A DNA stretch of 64,000 nt from the human T2T-CHM13v2.0 reference genome, Homo sapiens, in NCBI RefSeq assembly GCF_009914755.1, contig NC_060927.1. The stretch is one strand, 5' to 3'. Shown here in pieces: positions 38,907 through 55,144 of the stretch. Every line of letters begins with the position of its first letter. Within the stretch, counting starts at the first letter, position 1. A model generated the notes under the pieces. It saw nothing but the letters and a program-made list of their open reading frames with translations. It did not search any database and was not told where the DNA came from. The position numbers were made by a program, and so were the translations under genes.

Positions 38907-41900
38907 TGAATGTTTAGGTTTTAAAGAAAACGTCAAATTGTTTTCCAGAATGGCTGTACTCTGTCACACAACCACCAGCAATGGATAAATGATCCAGTTT
39001 CTCTGTATCCTAGCCAGTCACTACTTTTTAATTTTAGCCATTCTGATACGTGTGTAGTTGTATCTCCTTATGGTTTTAATTTGTATTTCTCCAGTGCTAA
39101 TGACGTTGAGCATCTTTTCATGTGCTTCCATGCCATCTGTGTATCTTCTTCTGTGGTGTCTCTTCATGTCTTCTGCACGTGTTCTAATTGGATTGTTCGG
39201 TTTTTTACTGCTGAGTGTTGAGTTTTTTATATATTGTAAATATATGTGGCTTTTGTCAGATATATGGGTTGCGAATATTTTCTCCCACTCTGTAGCCTGC
39301 CTTTATATCCTCTTAACAGGCTCTTTCACAGAAAAGAAGTTCTAGTTTTTATAAAGTCCAGTTTATTTATTTTTCCATATGTGGGTGATCATGCTTTTTG
39401 GTGTCAAGTCTCTACACTCTTTGCCTAGGCCTAGATCTCAGATTTTCTCCTGTGTTTTTTTCTAAAGGTTTTAGAGTTTTGCAGTTTAAATTTTAACTCT
39501 GTGATTCATTTGGAGTCAATTTTTATGTAAGGTGTGAGACTAAGGTAGAGGTTCATTTTCTGCCCACGGATGTCCAATTGTTCCAGCACCATATGTTGAA
39601 AAGCCTTTCTTTCCTTCATTAAATTGCTTTGGCAACTTTGTCAAAAATCAGTTGGGCATCATATATGTGTGGGCCTATTTCTGGATTCTCTATTTTGTTC
39701 CACTGATCTATAAGCATATCCCTCCACCAATATCAAACAGTCTTGATTACTGTAGCTAAGTAGTAAGTCTTCAAATTGGGTAGATTGGTTCCTCTCACAT
39801 TATTATTTTTCAAAATTGTTTTAGCAATTCTAGTTCCTTTGCCTTTCCATATATATTTCAGAATAATCATGTCAATATCTACAAAAAATCTTGCTGGGAT
39901 TTTGATAGGAATTACATTAAACAATTGGGGGAAGAACTGATATCTCTACTAGGCTGAATTTTCCAATTCATGAGCATTGTCTCTTCATTTATTCAGATAT
40001 TTCTTTCATTAGTGTTGCATAGCTTTTAGCACACATGTACTAAACACATTTTATTAGATTTACACATAAACATTTCATTTGGTTTTGGTGACTGTAAATG
40101 TATTGTATTTTAAATTTCAATGTCCATGTGTTTGTTGTTAGTCTTACAAAAATAAACATGTTCATCTTGTGTCTTATAAACTTTATAAACTGAAATATTA
40201 GTTTTAAGAAGATTTTGGTAGATTCCTTGGGACTTTCTCTATGTAAACAAACACTCATATATCTGCAAATAGGGACTGTTTTATTTCTTCCTTGCTGATC
40301 TGTATACCTCTTATTTCCATTTCTTACCTTATTCTACTGGCTAGAAATCCCAGCACTATGTTGAATAAGAGTTCTGGAAACAGACATAGTTACCTTTTTC
40401 CCAATATTAGTGGGAAAGCACTTGGTCTTTTACCATTAAGTATAATGGTAGGTATACAGTTTCTTTGTAGATGCTCTTTACTAAGTTTGAGAAAATCTTT
40501 GTATTCCTATTTTCCTGAGAATTTTTGTTATAAATGAGTGTTGAAGTTTGTTAAATGCTTCTTCTGCACTGATATAATCATGTGGTTTTTTTTTTTCTTC
40601 TTTTGCTTCTTATTATGGTAGATTACACTGACTGATTTTTAAATATTTAACCAGACTGCACTCCTGGAATAAACCTCAATTATCATGTTTTAAAAAATAC
40701 ACTGATGAATTCTATTTGCTAACATTTTGTTAAGGATTTTTGTGTCTCTATTTATGAGGGATGTTCACCTGTAGTAACCTTTTATTTTTTTACTGCTTTT
40801 GGTTTGGGGATCAAGGCAATACTAGCTTCGTAAAATGATTAGAAAGTGTTCCCTTCTTTTCATTTTCTAAAACAAATTGTGTAGAATTGGTGTTGATTCT
40901 TCTTTAAATGTCTAGTAAAATTCTTCAATGAATCCATTTGGGCCTGGAGATTTGTTTTTTGAGAAGTTTTAAAATTTCTAATTCTACTTCCTTAATAGTT
41001 ATAGGACTATTCAAATTATCTATTTCATATTGGGTAAACTGTGGTATTTGGAGTTTTTTGAGGAAGTGTTGTTTCTCGCCTAAGTTGTCACATTTATGGG
41101 TATACAGATGTTCACAGTATTCCCTCATTATCCTTTTGATGTCTACAGAGTTTGCACTGATATCTTGTTTCATTTCTCATATTAGTAATCTGGGTATTCT
41201 CTTTTTGCTTTGTCAGACTTGCTAGAGGTTTGTCAATTTTATAAATCTTTTCAAAGACCCAGTTCTTCATTTAACTGATTTTTCTCTGTTTTTCTGTTGT
41301 CTATTTCATTGATTTCTGTTTTTATTATTTCCTTACTTTTGCTTGCTTTGGGTTTAGTTTTCTCCTTTTTCTTCTGGGTCAAGCTGAAACATATTGATTT
41401 TAGACTTTTTCTCTTTTCTAATGCACACATGCAGTTCTGCAAATTTCCCTCTTAGCACTGTTTTCACTCTATCCCACAAATTTTGATATGTTTCATTTTC
41501 ATTCAGTTCAGTGCACTGTTTGATTCACCTTGGGACTTCCCCTGTGACCTAAGGATTATTTAGAAGCGTGTTTCATAGTTTCCATGTGTTTGGAGATTTT
41601 CCTATTATATTTCTGTTACTGATTTCTAGTTTGATTCTATTGTGGTTGGAGAACACATTCTGTATGTCTTCAATTTTTAAAAATTTGTTGAGGTTCATCT
41701 GATGGCACAGGATATGGTCTAACTTGGTATATGTTCCATGCATAACTGAAAAGGGGTATTCTGCAGTTATAGGGTAGACAGTGCTAGAAATCTCTATCAG
41801 ATCCTTTGGTTGATGGTATTGTTGAGTTCTTCTATATCCTTGCTGAACTTCTGTCTAATTGTACTATCAATTATTGAGAAAGGAGTGGTAAGGTCCCCAA

Positions 41901-44282
41901 CTAAAATTGTGGATTAGTCTACTTCTCCTTTCAATTTTATTACTTTTTGCTTCACATGTTTCAGCTCCATTCTCTGGGGCATACACAGTATTACTATGTC
42001 CTCTTGAAGGATTAACCATTTTATCATTATATACGTTCTTCCTCAACTCTGGTAAATTTCTTTGCTTTGAAGTCTGCTTTACATGATATGAATATAGCCA
42101 CTCTGACTTTCCTTTGATTAATGTTTACATAATATATATTTTCCCATCATTTTGTTGTCAACTTGCTTATATATCATAATATTTGAAGTTTCTTGTACAC
42201 AGCATATAATTAGGTTGTTTTTTTAATCTACTATGCCAATCTGTCTTTTTAACTGATATATTTAAGCAATGTACTTTTAATATAATTATTGGTATGTCAA
42301 AGACTTAAGTCTGTCATTTTATTTTTTGTTTTCTGTCTGTTCTCTATTTTTTTGTCTCTGTTTTCCTTTTTCTGACTTCCTGTGGGTTACCCAAACTTTT
42401 AAAAAAGAATTCCATTTTTATGTAACTATTGTGCTTTTGAGCATACCTCTTTGTGTAGCTTTTTTAGTGGCTGCTAAAAGGTGTATGCATATTCATAAAC
42501 ATATCACTCTACTTGTGTGTGTACATATAGTCATAAATGTATCAGTCTACTCATGTCATTTTAACAGTTCCAGTGAAGCATCAAAACCGTAACTCTCTTT
42601 AAATCCCTTTAGCTTCTCTTGTGTATAATATAATCATATTAAATATTTCCTTTAAATACATTTAGAACCATATCAGACAATGTTATAATTTGTTTCAACT
42701 GTCAAATAAAATTTAGAAAACTCCACAGAGGAAGGAAAGCCTATTGTATATACTCATATTTGGGCTTACCATGTTCTTCCTTCCAGTCCGATATTCAAAA
42801 GTTCCTTCTTTAATCATTTTCTTTCTGTTTAAGAACATTCCTTTAGCCATCCTTTTAGGATAGGCTGGCTAGCAACAAATTCTCTCAGTCTGCCTTTATC
42901 TGAGAATATCTTGATTTCTCCTTATTCCAAAAAGATACTTCACTGGATAAGGATTCTGGGTTAACAATACTTTTCTTTCAGCACTTAAAAAACATCATGC
43001 CATTTCCTCTGGCCTTCATGGTCACCAATGGGAAATCCATTGTCATTCAAATTGTTTTTTTTTTTTTTCCCTATAGGTAAGGTGTCATTTTTTCTGGCTG
43101 CTTTTAAAAGTTTTGTCTTAGCGTTCAGAAGTTTAATTATAACGGTGTCTTCTTGTAGATTTCTTCAGAATTACCCTCATTGGGGTTTGCTTAGCTCCTT
43201 GAATCTGTGGGTTTAAGTCTCTTACCAAACTGGAGGTGCTTTCAGCCATTATTTTGTGAAGGACTCTTCTCATGCTGTCTTCTTTGTTTTCTCCTCTGGG
43301 ATTCTCAATACGTAAATGTGAGAACTTTTGTTATAATCACGTAGATCCTTGTGGCTCTCAACATTTCTTCATTTACTGTTTTCTTTCCACTGTTCAGACT
43401 GGGTAATTTCTTTTGTTCTAGTTGACAGTTCACTGATTTTTCCCCCCTCTGTGCCCTCCATTCTGCTGTTGAGCCCATACACTGAGCTTTTTAGTTTGAT
43501 TTTTCAATTTTCAGTTCTAAAATTTGCATTTGGTTCTTCTTATATTTTCTATTTCTTTGCTGAAGCTTTCAATTTTTTCATTTGTTTCAAGTGCGATCAT
43601 AGTTGCTCACTGATTTCTTTTTTCTCCCATGGTTTCTTTAAAATCTTTGCTGGGTAAGTCTAACATCTCTGTCATCTCAGTGTGGGCATCTGCTATCTAC
43701 TTAAATTCACTTTGATATCTTCCTGGTTCTTGGGATGGCAAGTGACTTTTCAACTTAAACGTGGACATGTTCTTATTATGTTAAAAGACTCTGGATCTTA
43801 TTAACACCCTGTTTTAGCTGTCTTTCTCTGATACCACCCTGGCAGGGGAAGAGAGAAGGTGTGATCCTGTTACTGCCAGGCAGAATCAGAAGTTCAGGTT
43901 CCTTGCTCAGCCTCTATTAACGATTCAGAAGGGACCCCTCATTACTACTAGATGTGGGTAGGAGTTTTGGCTCCCCACCTGGTTGTATACAGCAAGGTAG
44001 GGGTAACCACTTTACTAATAGACAATAAGAAAGACCTGGCTAGGCCTTCTCTGGCACCTAAATACAGCTTCATGAGGGTACAAGCCTAGACTCCCCAATC
44101 AGCCTTTGCTGGACAGTTTTTTCTTTGGTGTTTAGAAAGAGTAGAGTGGTTATTGTCTAAAAGCTTTCTGTATTGTTAGACTGCCCATTTCCTACTTGCT
44201 CCTTTGGCTAGAGAGAACAGGCTTTTGTTGAGACTTCCTTTGTCTACACCTGTTAGCATTTCTGGGTTGCTTGCTTCCCTAG

Positions 44283-44538
<256 letters not shown>

Positions 44539-45199
44539 CCATAATGTCATTTCTAGGACTCTGAGGTCTTCAGCCACTCTGCTTTAACTTTCCATGGTCT
44601 GCTTATAATTCTTTTATGTGCAGTGTCCAGAGTTTTAGTTGTATTTAGTAAGAGGAATAGAAAAATGTACATCTACTCCATCTCTCCATCTTTCTAGAAC
44701 CAGGAGTCAAACCTCCTTCACCTTCATTTTTGAAGGATTGTTCTCCTGGATATAGAATTCTTAGTTGACAGGTTTGTTTGTTTTCCTTTCTACTCTTTGA
44801 TTATGTCACACCATCATCCTCTGGTCTCCACTGTTTCTGATCAGAAATCAGCTATTAATCACATTATTGTTGCCCTGTATGTGATGAACTGTTTTCCTCT
44901 TGTTATTTTCAAGATTTTGTCTTTCAACAGTGTCAATATGATTTGTCCAGGTGTGGTTTTTTGTTTTTGTTTTTGTTTTTGTTTTTGCAGTTTATCCTAA
45001 TTGAGGTTCACTGAGCTTCTTGGATTTATAGATAATCTTCATCAAATTTGGGAAATTTTCAGATTTTTCTTTCAAATTTTTGTCCCTTTTGCTCCTCTCC
45101 ATTTGAGATTCCCTTTACACATGTGTTAAAATTATGTTGGAACACATGATGTTGTTGCACAGGGCTGTCTTGATTTTTCTCTGAAATTTTTTCTGCTTT

Positions 45200-45848
<649 letters not shown>

Positions 45849-46306
45849 TGGATACTTTCTCTTGATCTACCTTCAGGATCACTGAATCTTTCTTCTACCA
45901 TTTCTTATCTGCTCTTGTGTTCAACTAGGGAATTTTTCATTTCAGTTAGTAGTATACTTTTCAATTCTAGAAATTCTACTTGGTTCTTTTTTTAAAATTT
46001 CTATTTGATTCTCTATTTGTTGACTCACAGTTGGCGTATTTTATAGCAACTATTCAAATATACTTTAGTTCTTTAAATATAATCATAATAGCTATTTTTA
46101 AGTCTTTGTTAAATCTAGCATCTGGGCCTACTTGGGAGTTAGTTTTAACTTAAATACTCATCTTCTTTAGTATGGGTCACACTTTCTTGTTAGTCTGCAT
46201 GTTTATTACATTTTAGCTGAAAACTAGACATTTAAGATTATACATAATATGCATAATTTAAGATTACATATATAATCTTAAATAATCTTAAATGTTTATA
46301 TGTTCA

Positions 46307-46314
46307 GATATATA

Positions 46315-46359
<45 letters not shown>

Positions 46360-46401
46360 CTACCTATATATATAAAGAGAGAAAGAGAGCGAGAGAGAGA
46401 G
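46307..46401. repeat. Compound microsatellite (TG)n(TA)n(GA)n
   Basis: Directly visible. Confidence 0.9.
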
Positions 46402-47053
46402 CACATGTATATGTAACAGCAACTCTTGATTACCCTATTTTCCTGAAGGTTTTTGTTTTGTTTTGTTTTGTTTTGTTTTGGTAACTTACCTGAATATAAA
46501 CTGTAGAATCTCATTCCCCATGGTCTGTACCCACTGATGTCTCTGTTCAGATTTTTTTTTTCAATTCCATTGAGGTCATTATTTGTGTTGCATACTTGAA
46601 CAGCTGACCAATAATTTAGACAGAGGCTATCTCAGATACTTTGAACCCACTGGGCTTTCACCTTTCATGAACCAAGGTGTATGGATTGAGAAATGGCATT
46701 CAAAGTGGCAGTCATCTCAAGTCTCCCTGGCTTTCACTTTTTGCTGGGCTCTCTTGGGTCTTCCCTGCTTATGTTTAGTTTCCCAGAAAGCCTAGAAAAG
46801 CTTATTTCACACCTTTAATGTCTCTGTTACTTGCGCGATCTCCCTGTTAAATTTCTGGCTGGTCTACCACCCATCACAACTGCTACCGTGGGCTAGTCAT
46901 GCTGCAGGATTTCCCAAAATATTCTAACGTGAGTCTGCTTTTTTAGCTGACAAAGCCACAGGCTTTCAGTGCCCCCATCCTCCACCCTGAATCAAGTCAA
47001 TCTTTGGCTGTAAGGCTTTGGTTTTCGCCACCAGTCCTGAACTGACAGTTACA

Positions 47054-47389
<336 letters not shown>

Positions 47390-47886
47390 TAATAATAGAG
47401 TGTGGCAGAAAGAGGATATGGAATCAGTTCCAAGCAAGAACGCCACATATTCTCACCCATTCTTGGCCAAAGCTATAGAAGTTTCTCAAGAATCAACACT
47501 TCTCAATTTATCACCTCCCTTTGGTGGATTTTCAGTTTCCAGTGGTTGGGTGTGTGTTTTTTCTTTACAATTTTGTTCAGTTTTGTACTTGTTTTCTGTA
47601 TTAGTGAATCACTTGACCTCTTACATTGCAATTACCAAAATAAGAACTCAACCAAATGTAATTAGGATCACAACAAGAATGGAATTTCTTAGGATCCTGA
47701 TTCTCAACAAGCCAATTACAGAAAAATGTTCATGAGATAATTAAGGACATGTAAATGCTGACTGAGTATTTGATAATATTAAGGAATTATTTTTAGGTTT
47801 TTTTTGAGATTTGATAATACCATTATAGTTTTGTTTTTATTATTATTTTTTTAAAAGAGTGTTTAGCTTTTACAGTCACATACTGA

Positions 47887-48176
<290 letters not shown>

Positions 48177-48749
48177 CACATACTGAAGTTTTCTAGGGAA
48201 AAAAGTACATAGTATTTGGGGTTGGTTTTAAAGTAATTCAAAGGTGTTAGATTAAACTAGATTGGATAACTGTTAATGTCCCAGCTTTGTAATGTGTCAC
48301 CTTGGCTAGACTGAACCTCATTTCCCAGAATTCTCTTCCCTTTATGTTTCTCGTTAGGATGTGCTACAGAAGACATTTACTAAGCAACCTAGAAGACAGA
48401 AGAGTAGCAATAGCCATAGTGTTTTTATTCTCAGAAGACTGATACAAGGGATCCAGGCAAGGCTGCAGCTGTTTCTCACTGACCCTATATCCTCCTTTAG
48501 TTTCTCTGGGTCCTGGGCAGGTCTGTATTTAGCTCTGTGATGAAGAGCACTAGCTTCTCCTGTATGAAATCCACATCATCAAAGTATTTTTATCATCAGA
48601 GACACAGCCTCTGCACATCTTCCTCCTAAAAGAAGCCTCTTTCAATCACCTCAACCATCTTTCGAGAAAGGAACTCTTTGTTTTCAAATATTCTAGAATT
48701 TAAAATGACTGACGTCTCTGTTAATTACCATACCATCCATTTGTTGAGA

Positions 48750-48915
48750 ATATACTAATCCTTATCATCGTATTTCATCCTCATAATCACCCTGTAAAGC
48801 AGGAAGTATCATTCTTTTCATTTTAAGGATGAAAATACTGAAGCTCAGAGAGATGAAATAAATGGCATCCCCAAGATCACACAGGTAGCAAGCGAGAGAA
48901 CCAGGAGTCAAAGTC
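48750..48915 (+). mobile_element. MIR
   Basis: cattttaaggatgaaaatactgaagctcagagag core. Confidence 0.65.
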
Positions 48916-49824
48916 CATCACACTGTGGCACCTGCAGGCTTATCTCACCCCCGTGCCTAACCAGATAGAGTATCTTCTAGGTTCAGCAGCATCTCTACCC
49001 AAAGTACATATTTGTGAAAAATACAGTCAAAATACCAATAATTTGTATTTTTTTTTACCTAATGTCCAACGTGAAAAAATATTTTAAGAGTGAGCAGATG
49101 AAACCATTACTTCAAATAAAGCTTTTTGAATTATGTTTAATTTTATTTATCTCTGGGGACAAGGACCAATGAAGAAGGGACTGCAATTAGCATTAGCCTC
49201 TCCTGCATGAGAGGAAAAGGTGACGCCCAAAGAAAGGTCAAAGAAAGAAAACTAGAGATCAAATTGGAAAGAAGAGCGCAGTAAAACACACGAATCAAAT
49301 TAACAACCTCCACTGTATTTTCTCTGTAAAACCAGCATGCCATTGTGGTGATTACCATTTTAGTGAAATGAATGAAAACAGTCATTTCCTCCATGCTACT
49401 TGTTTCACCCACACCAGATTAGAAACGAAGAGAATTTTTGAAATTGTATTACACTTGCTTATACCACGGTGGCTCCTGATTTTCCAATAATATAAGTCAC
49501 TTTCAGACCCCAAAGTCTACGGTAACCGTTCTTGCTCCTGGAGTAATACATGAAATCAGGTATTTAAAATACCAGTCTACTTGTAAAATAAATAGCACAT
49601 AAATAAACAATAGCAGCTAATATTTACCAAGCACATTACAGTTGGATATTGTTTTCTATATTTTTAGTCTTCCAAACAAATTTTTGATACAGATTCTCTT
49701 ATTGGTATGGCAGACATATAATTGACCATCCAAATAAGGATACTTTAGAGATTGAAAGGTGGAACTATTAACACTTGTGCTAGGCACAGATATAAACCAG
49801 GAATGTTTGGACACCCACTCATTG

Positions 49825-49965
49825 GCCTTATTTTACAGCTAAAGAACTAAGGAACAGAAAAGTTGAATAGTGTGCCCAAGGTCACGCAGCTAGAAAGCAG
49901 AGGAGCTGGGCTGAAGGCCAGGATGTCTGGCTTCAGCATCATAGTCGGCCATTCTGCCATGTGCC
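49825..49965 (+). mobile_element. MIR
   Basis: gtgcccaaggtcacgcagctag core. Confidence 0.65.
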
Positions 49966-51609
49966 CCTTCTGAACTAACTCATAGACTGTAACATTTTTC
50001 GAATAAATCATTCGACTATTCTAGTTTCAGACACACAAACCTCTCTATAGTTCACGAGTTCCACAAGGCCATAAAAGCACACAATAAAAAGTCTTACAAG
50101 AGATTGCAAATAGAAAGTGTCTGCAAAATAACCTGCAGAGACTCCACAGGATGAGCCCAGGCAGGAGGCATCACCACGGGACCTACCGCACAGGCCAGGT
50201 AGTTGGGAGAACCAGTATCTAGTCTGGGCTCTATCCTTTCCCTTCTGGCCTGAGTTCCCTCACTTGTGCTCCTCTAGAGACCTTATAGGGTCCTTCCCCA
50301 CCAACCATTTGATGTGAGCTGGTGGACACATGTCCAAATCCTTTTATCTTGGAGCTTCTCCATCCCAAATTGTTTCACTTCCTTCAAGGAACTTCCCATG
50401 GTTTCTTGCTGAGGTGTGAGATAAGCAACTACAATCTTCTTTGAGGTGCCTCATTCGAGGGCCTCAAGTTTTACAGCCTCTCTCCCCACTGAGAGACAGG
50501 AAGGAGAGAGAGTAGAAAAAAGAGTGAGGCCCCAGGAGAATGATTAATTCTCTGACCTATATAACAGTAGATACATATGCTCTGTTTAAGAAGCATGAAT
50601 TATTATAGCTGTGAAACACAAGGCTATAAAGCATCTATGTGCTGAAAACCAGTCAACCTAAACACAGAAGAAGCAACTATTAAGAGAAAACACATATCAC
50701 ATTAGATTTCTGCAACAAAGAAGAAACTTTCTCATCATCTACTGGTAGTGGTAGACTGCCAGATGGAATGCAGTAGACTGCTAGATGGAATTAGCCTCCT
50801 AATAATGCAGGTGGTTCTTTAACTTCAGAAAGTGTAACACACTAATATGCAACACAAAGGAACATGCCTGCTCTATCCAATTTCAGATGGATTAGATCTA
50901 AATTATAGAGAAATCCGTTTGTTTTATCCTAAGCAATGCATGTTATACAGCAGCATCATCCTAAATGCAAAGGCAACTTCTAGGTCAACTAAAACCAAAC
51001 CACCACCAACACAGGGTACAGACTACATTCACTGAAAGATTTGCTCCAGAATCAATCACTTATATTGCTTAGAATAACTGTATAAAACTGTCAGTCCTGA
51101 GTGCAGGGCCGCATATGGTTCTAAGTATTACTTGAAGTGAGAAAAGTAGACACGGTTTAGTCTCACTAGGGATCTATCACATTCTTTTATTCTCACAATC
51201 TTCTGTGTTCTTCAGTGACAATTCATTAGCAAGTTATGAGAGAATAAAGCAATTAGCTTATACCAAATGGCATTTTCACTTAACCATTATTTTCAGAGAA
51301 CCACTTGAAGACTTCCATGATTTTATTTGGACGTTTTGAAAGTGGATAAGTGCTAAGTGCCCAATTCTGTATGTTCTGCTGCTTGATTAGATGCCATGTT
51401 TACTTCCTTTACTGAGTATAAAGTGGAGACTGTCCATGGAAAGAAGTGTTATTTATAATTGCATGCTACCAGATGGCCTATCTCCTTTCCACATCCCTAA
51501 AAAGGTCCAAAAAAATGTCTTCCATGGATTAGATTTCAGAGTAAGGTATAATTTCATAGCTTGCTAGCTTATTTCATTTGAATTTTCATTACACGTAAAA
51601 CATAATACT

Positions 51610-51860
51610 CATAATTAACATATATCAAATGTTTACTACATGACAGCCTCTACCCTAGACATTTTCTCTGTAGCATCTCCTTGAAACCTCCAATAATCCC
51701 ATAAAGGGTATTACTATTTCCTCACTTACAGATGAGGAAGCTGGGTGAAAGGTTAACTAACTTGCTCCAGGTTATTCAGCTAGTAGGTGGCTGAGCTATG
51801 ACTTAAATCCAGGTCCCACTCCAAAACTGCATGCTTTTAACCATCATGCTATACTTCCTC
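51610..51860 (+). mobile_element. MIR
   Basis: ttacagatgaggaagctg...taacttgctccaggttattcagctagtaggtgg. Confidence 0.7.
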
Positions 51861-53298
51861 CTTAATTTTATACTTTTATAGCAATAAATGTATATGTATG
51901 TAAACCCACCGAGGTGGGTTTGCTTGCTCTTTTAACATCTGCAAGCTCCTTAAGAAAAGAGGATTGTGTCTGTTAGATTCCCAGAACCCAGCATACAAAT
52001 CTGGCATTCAGTAGCTTGCCAGTAAATTTTGCTGAATGGACAGAAGTATACCCTTACATAAAACTTCTACGTGTGGATATGCATATTCCTATATTAAAAA
52101 GGCATCCACACATCCACATGAAAAAAATCACAGCATAATTTGGTAACAAAAAAAGATAACTTAACTATATATTTTCTCTTCTTAATAACCTGGTTTTATT
52201 TCCAGATCCTTAGAGAAAGAACAAATGAGTCATACTATGACATGGGGAAGTCACTAAAAGTAAGCTATAGGAATGGGAAATGGCACTATATTACTTTACA
52301 GCTCATTAACAAGTCAGACGTCAGATACAAAAACTAGCTTGCCAAATCAATAATTTTTAAAAATAATTTAATGGAAATAAGAGGTTAGGAAGGTAAGAAG
52401 GACAAGAAACTGATTTAAAATCTCAAGAGATCAAAAACCATAGGAAAAATTCACTGCCTCCCACTTGCTTTTGGAAGAAGCCACTGTATGACATAGCGAT
52501 TCCCATCTCTTAAATTATCTTTATATTTATAACAAGTCTTGAGATGCCTGATTTAACATATGTGGCTTGTGACAAAATACTACTACAAGGAAATAAGTAG
52601 CTTTTCATGTTTTGTATTTGAAATAACATCTGGAATCCAGTAAACATTAACAAGTCTGGGGATCAGAAGATCTGGGATTTAATCTTGACTGCAAATCAAG
52701 TTCAAAATCCGGGCCAAAGTCAAAACCTCTAGAGCTCCACACCATAAAAAATGAGTCCAAGACCACATCTTCTTTTTTGCATAATCAGGAATATTTTGAG
52801 GATATGAGAACGAGAGGGGGCGGAGGGATGGGGAAAACGCATGCGTGAACACTTCGAGCTCTTCAGGGGAGAAAAGTCCCATACAAATGCAAAGCTTTAA
52901 GACATTGACTTTACTCCTCACTCCTCGTTTTGTTCACCCCAGAAGCACAGCAGTCTGGAGTAAAGTCAGGACTATATTATACAGGGATGCAGGGTCTGAG
53001 GCATATATCTTCTTTTAACCCGAAACACATTTCACCCTAAAAATCTATAAAGCTACAGTGGGGAAGGGCTTGGGGGCCATCTTTAAGTTGACGGAGACCA
53101 CTCTTCCCCCCCAAACCATTTGTGATGACTCAGGAGTACTGTGGGAAAACTCTTTATGAACATGGACTACTCTATGTGAGAAAATGTAAAGAAGAGAATT
53201 ATTGAGTTGGAATATATATGTTTATTAATCTTTGCTTACAGCCAAGAGTGATGAGACAGAGCCCTATCTGAAAATATTAAGCAGCAATCACAGGCTGA

Positions 53299-53758
<460 letters not shown>

Positions 53759-54537
53759 GAGAGCCTAAATTTCTGTTCTCGATTCATACCTCAAACCACA
53801 CCAAGACAAGAGATAAAATTCCTCAAGCAACCGACCCAAACTGGGGGCCGAATTCTACCTGAATTCCCAGAGTACCCCTCCTCTGCCCAGAAAAGCTGCT
53901 CAGACATGGCCTGCCAGCTGTGGATGCAACTAAGGGAGCCAAGAAAGACAGGCTTTCAAGCCCTCACCCTGAAATTTCCCCATGGCCTTTCCAGGTGAAG
54001 AAAAGTATAGGAAAGGAATAAACAATCTTTTGATTGAAAGAAATCCAAAAAACCCGGGCTTTGGTTCTGGCTTCCTAAGCATCAGTGGAGCAAAAGTGCC
54101 TATTACCATGGAAATGATAAGAAACCACCATTAGGAATTCTGAGATTCAAATTCTCTGGAGGCAAGGACTGCGTGATGTTTATGTTTGCCACTATCACAC
54201 AGCAGGTGCTCAAAAATGCTATTAAACAAATGAAAGAAAAATAACATAATCTGGTCTACTAAACAACAAGAGGCAATGCTGAAGGGGAAAGGATTTTCCA
54301 AAGGGAGATGTTCCAACCAAGAGGCGCTTAGAAACCGTAATCTGCTCTCATTTACCAAGTGCTTGCTGTGTGGTGGGCACAGTGAGTTAACCTCTCTTTT
54401 TAATCCTCAGAACAGTTCAATATTGTTGAATCTTACTATTACTCCATTTTATAGACAAGGAAACAGAAGCAAAGGATTTCACCCCCTGGCCCCAAGATAG
54501 CAGAGCTGGGATGTGGACCTAGATGGAAATCATTTTA

Positions 54538-55144
54538 TTTTATTTTTATTATACTTTAAGTTCTAGGGTACATGTGCACAACGTGCAGTTTTGTTACATA
54601 TGTATACATGTGCCATGTTGGTGTGCTGCATCCATTAACTTGTCATTTACATTAGGTATTTCTCCTAATGCTATCCCTCCCCCCTCCCCCCACCCCACAA
54701 CAGGCCCTGGTGTGTGATGTTCCTCACCCGGTGTCCAAGTGTTCTCATTGTTCAACTCCCACCCATGAGTGAGAACATGAGGTGTCTGGTTTTCTGTCCT
54801 TGTGATAGTTTGCTAAGAATGATGGTTTCCAGCTTCATCCATGTCCCTACAAAGGACATGAACTCATCATTTTTCATGGCTGCACAGTATTCCATGGTGT
54901 ATATGTGCCACATTTTCTTAATCTAGTTTATCACTGATGGACATTTGGGTTGGTTCCAAGTCTTTGCTCTTGTGAATAGTGCCACAATAAACATACGTGT
55001 GCATATGTCTTTATAGTAGCATGATTTATAAGCCTTTGGGTATATACCCAGTAATGGGATCGCTGGGTCAAATGGTATTTCTAGTTCTAGATCCTTGAGG
55101 AATTGCCACACTGTCTTCCACAATGGTTGAACTAGTTTACACTC
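54538..55144 (-). mobile_element. 5'-truncated L1PA (PA5/6-like) 3' end
   Basis: 14-bp TSD tggaaatcatttta at 54524-54537 and 55147-55160; L1 3'UTR and ORF2 C-terminus. Confidence 0.94.
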
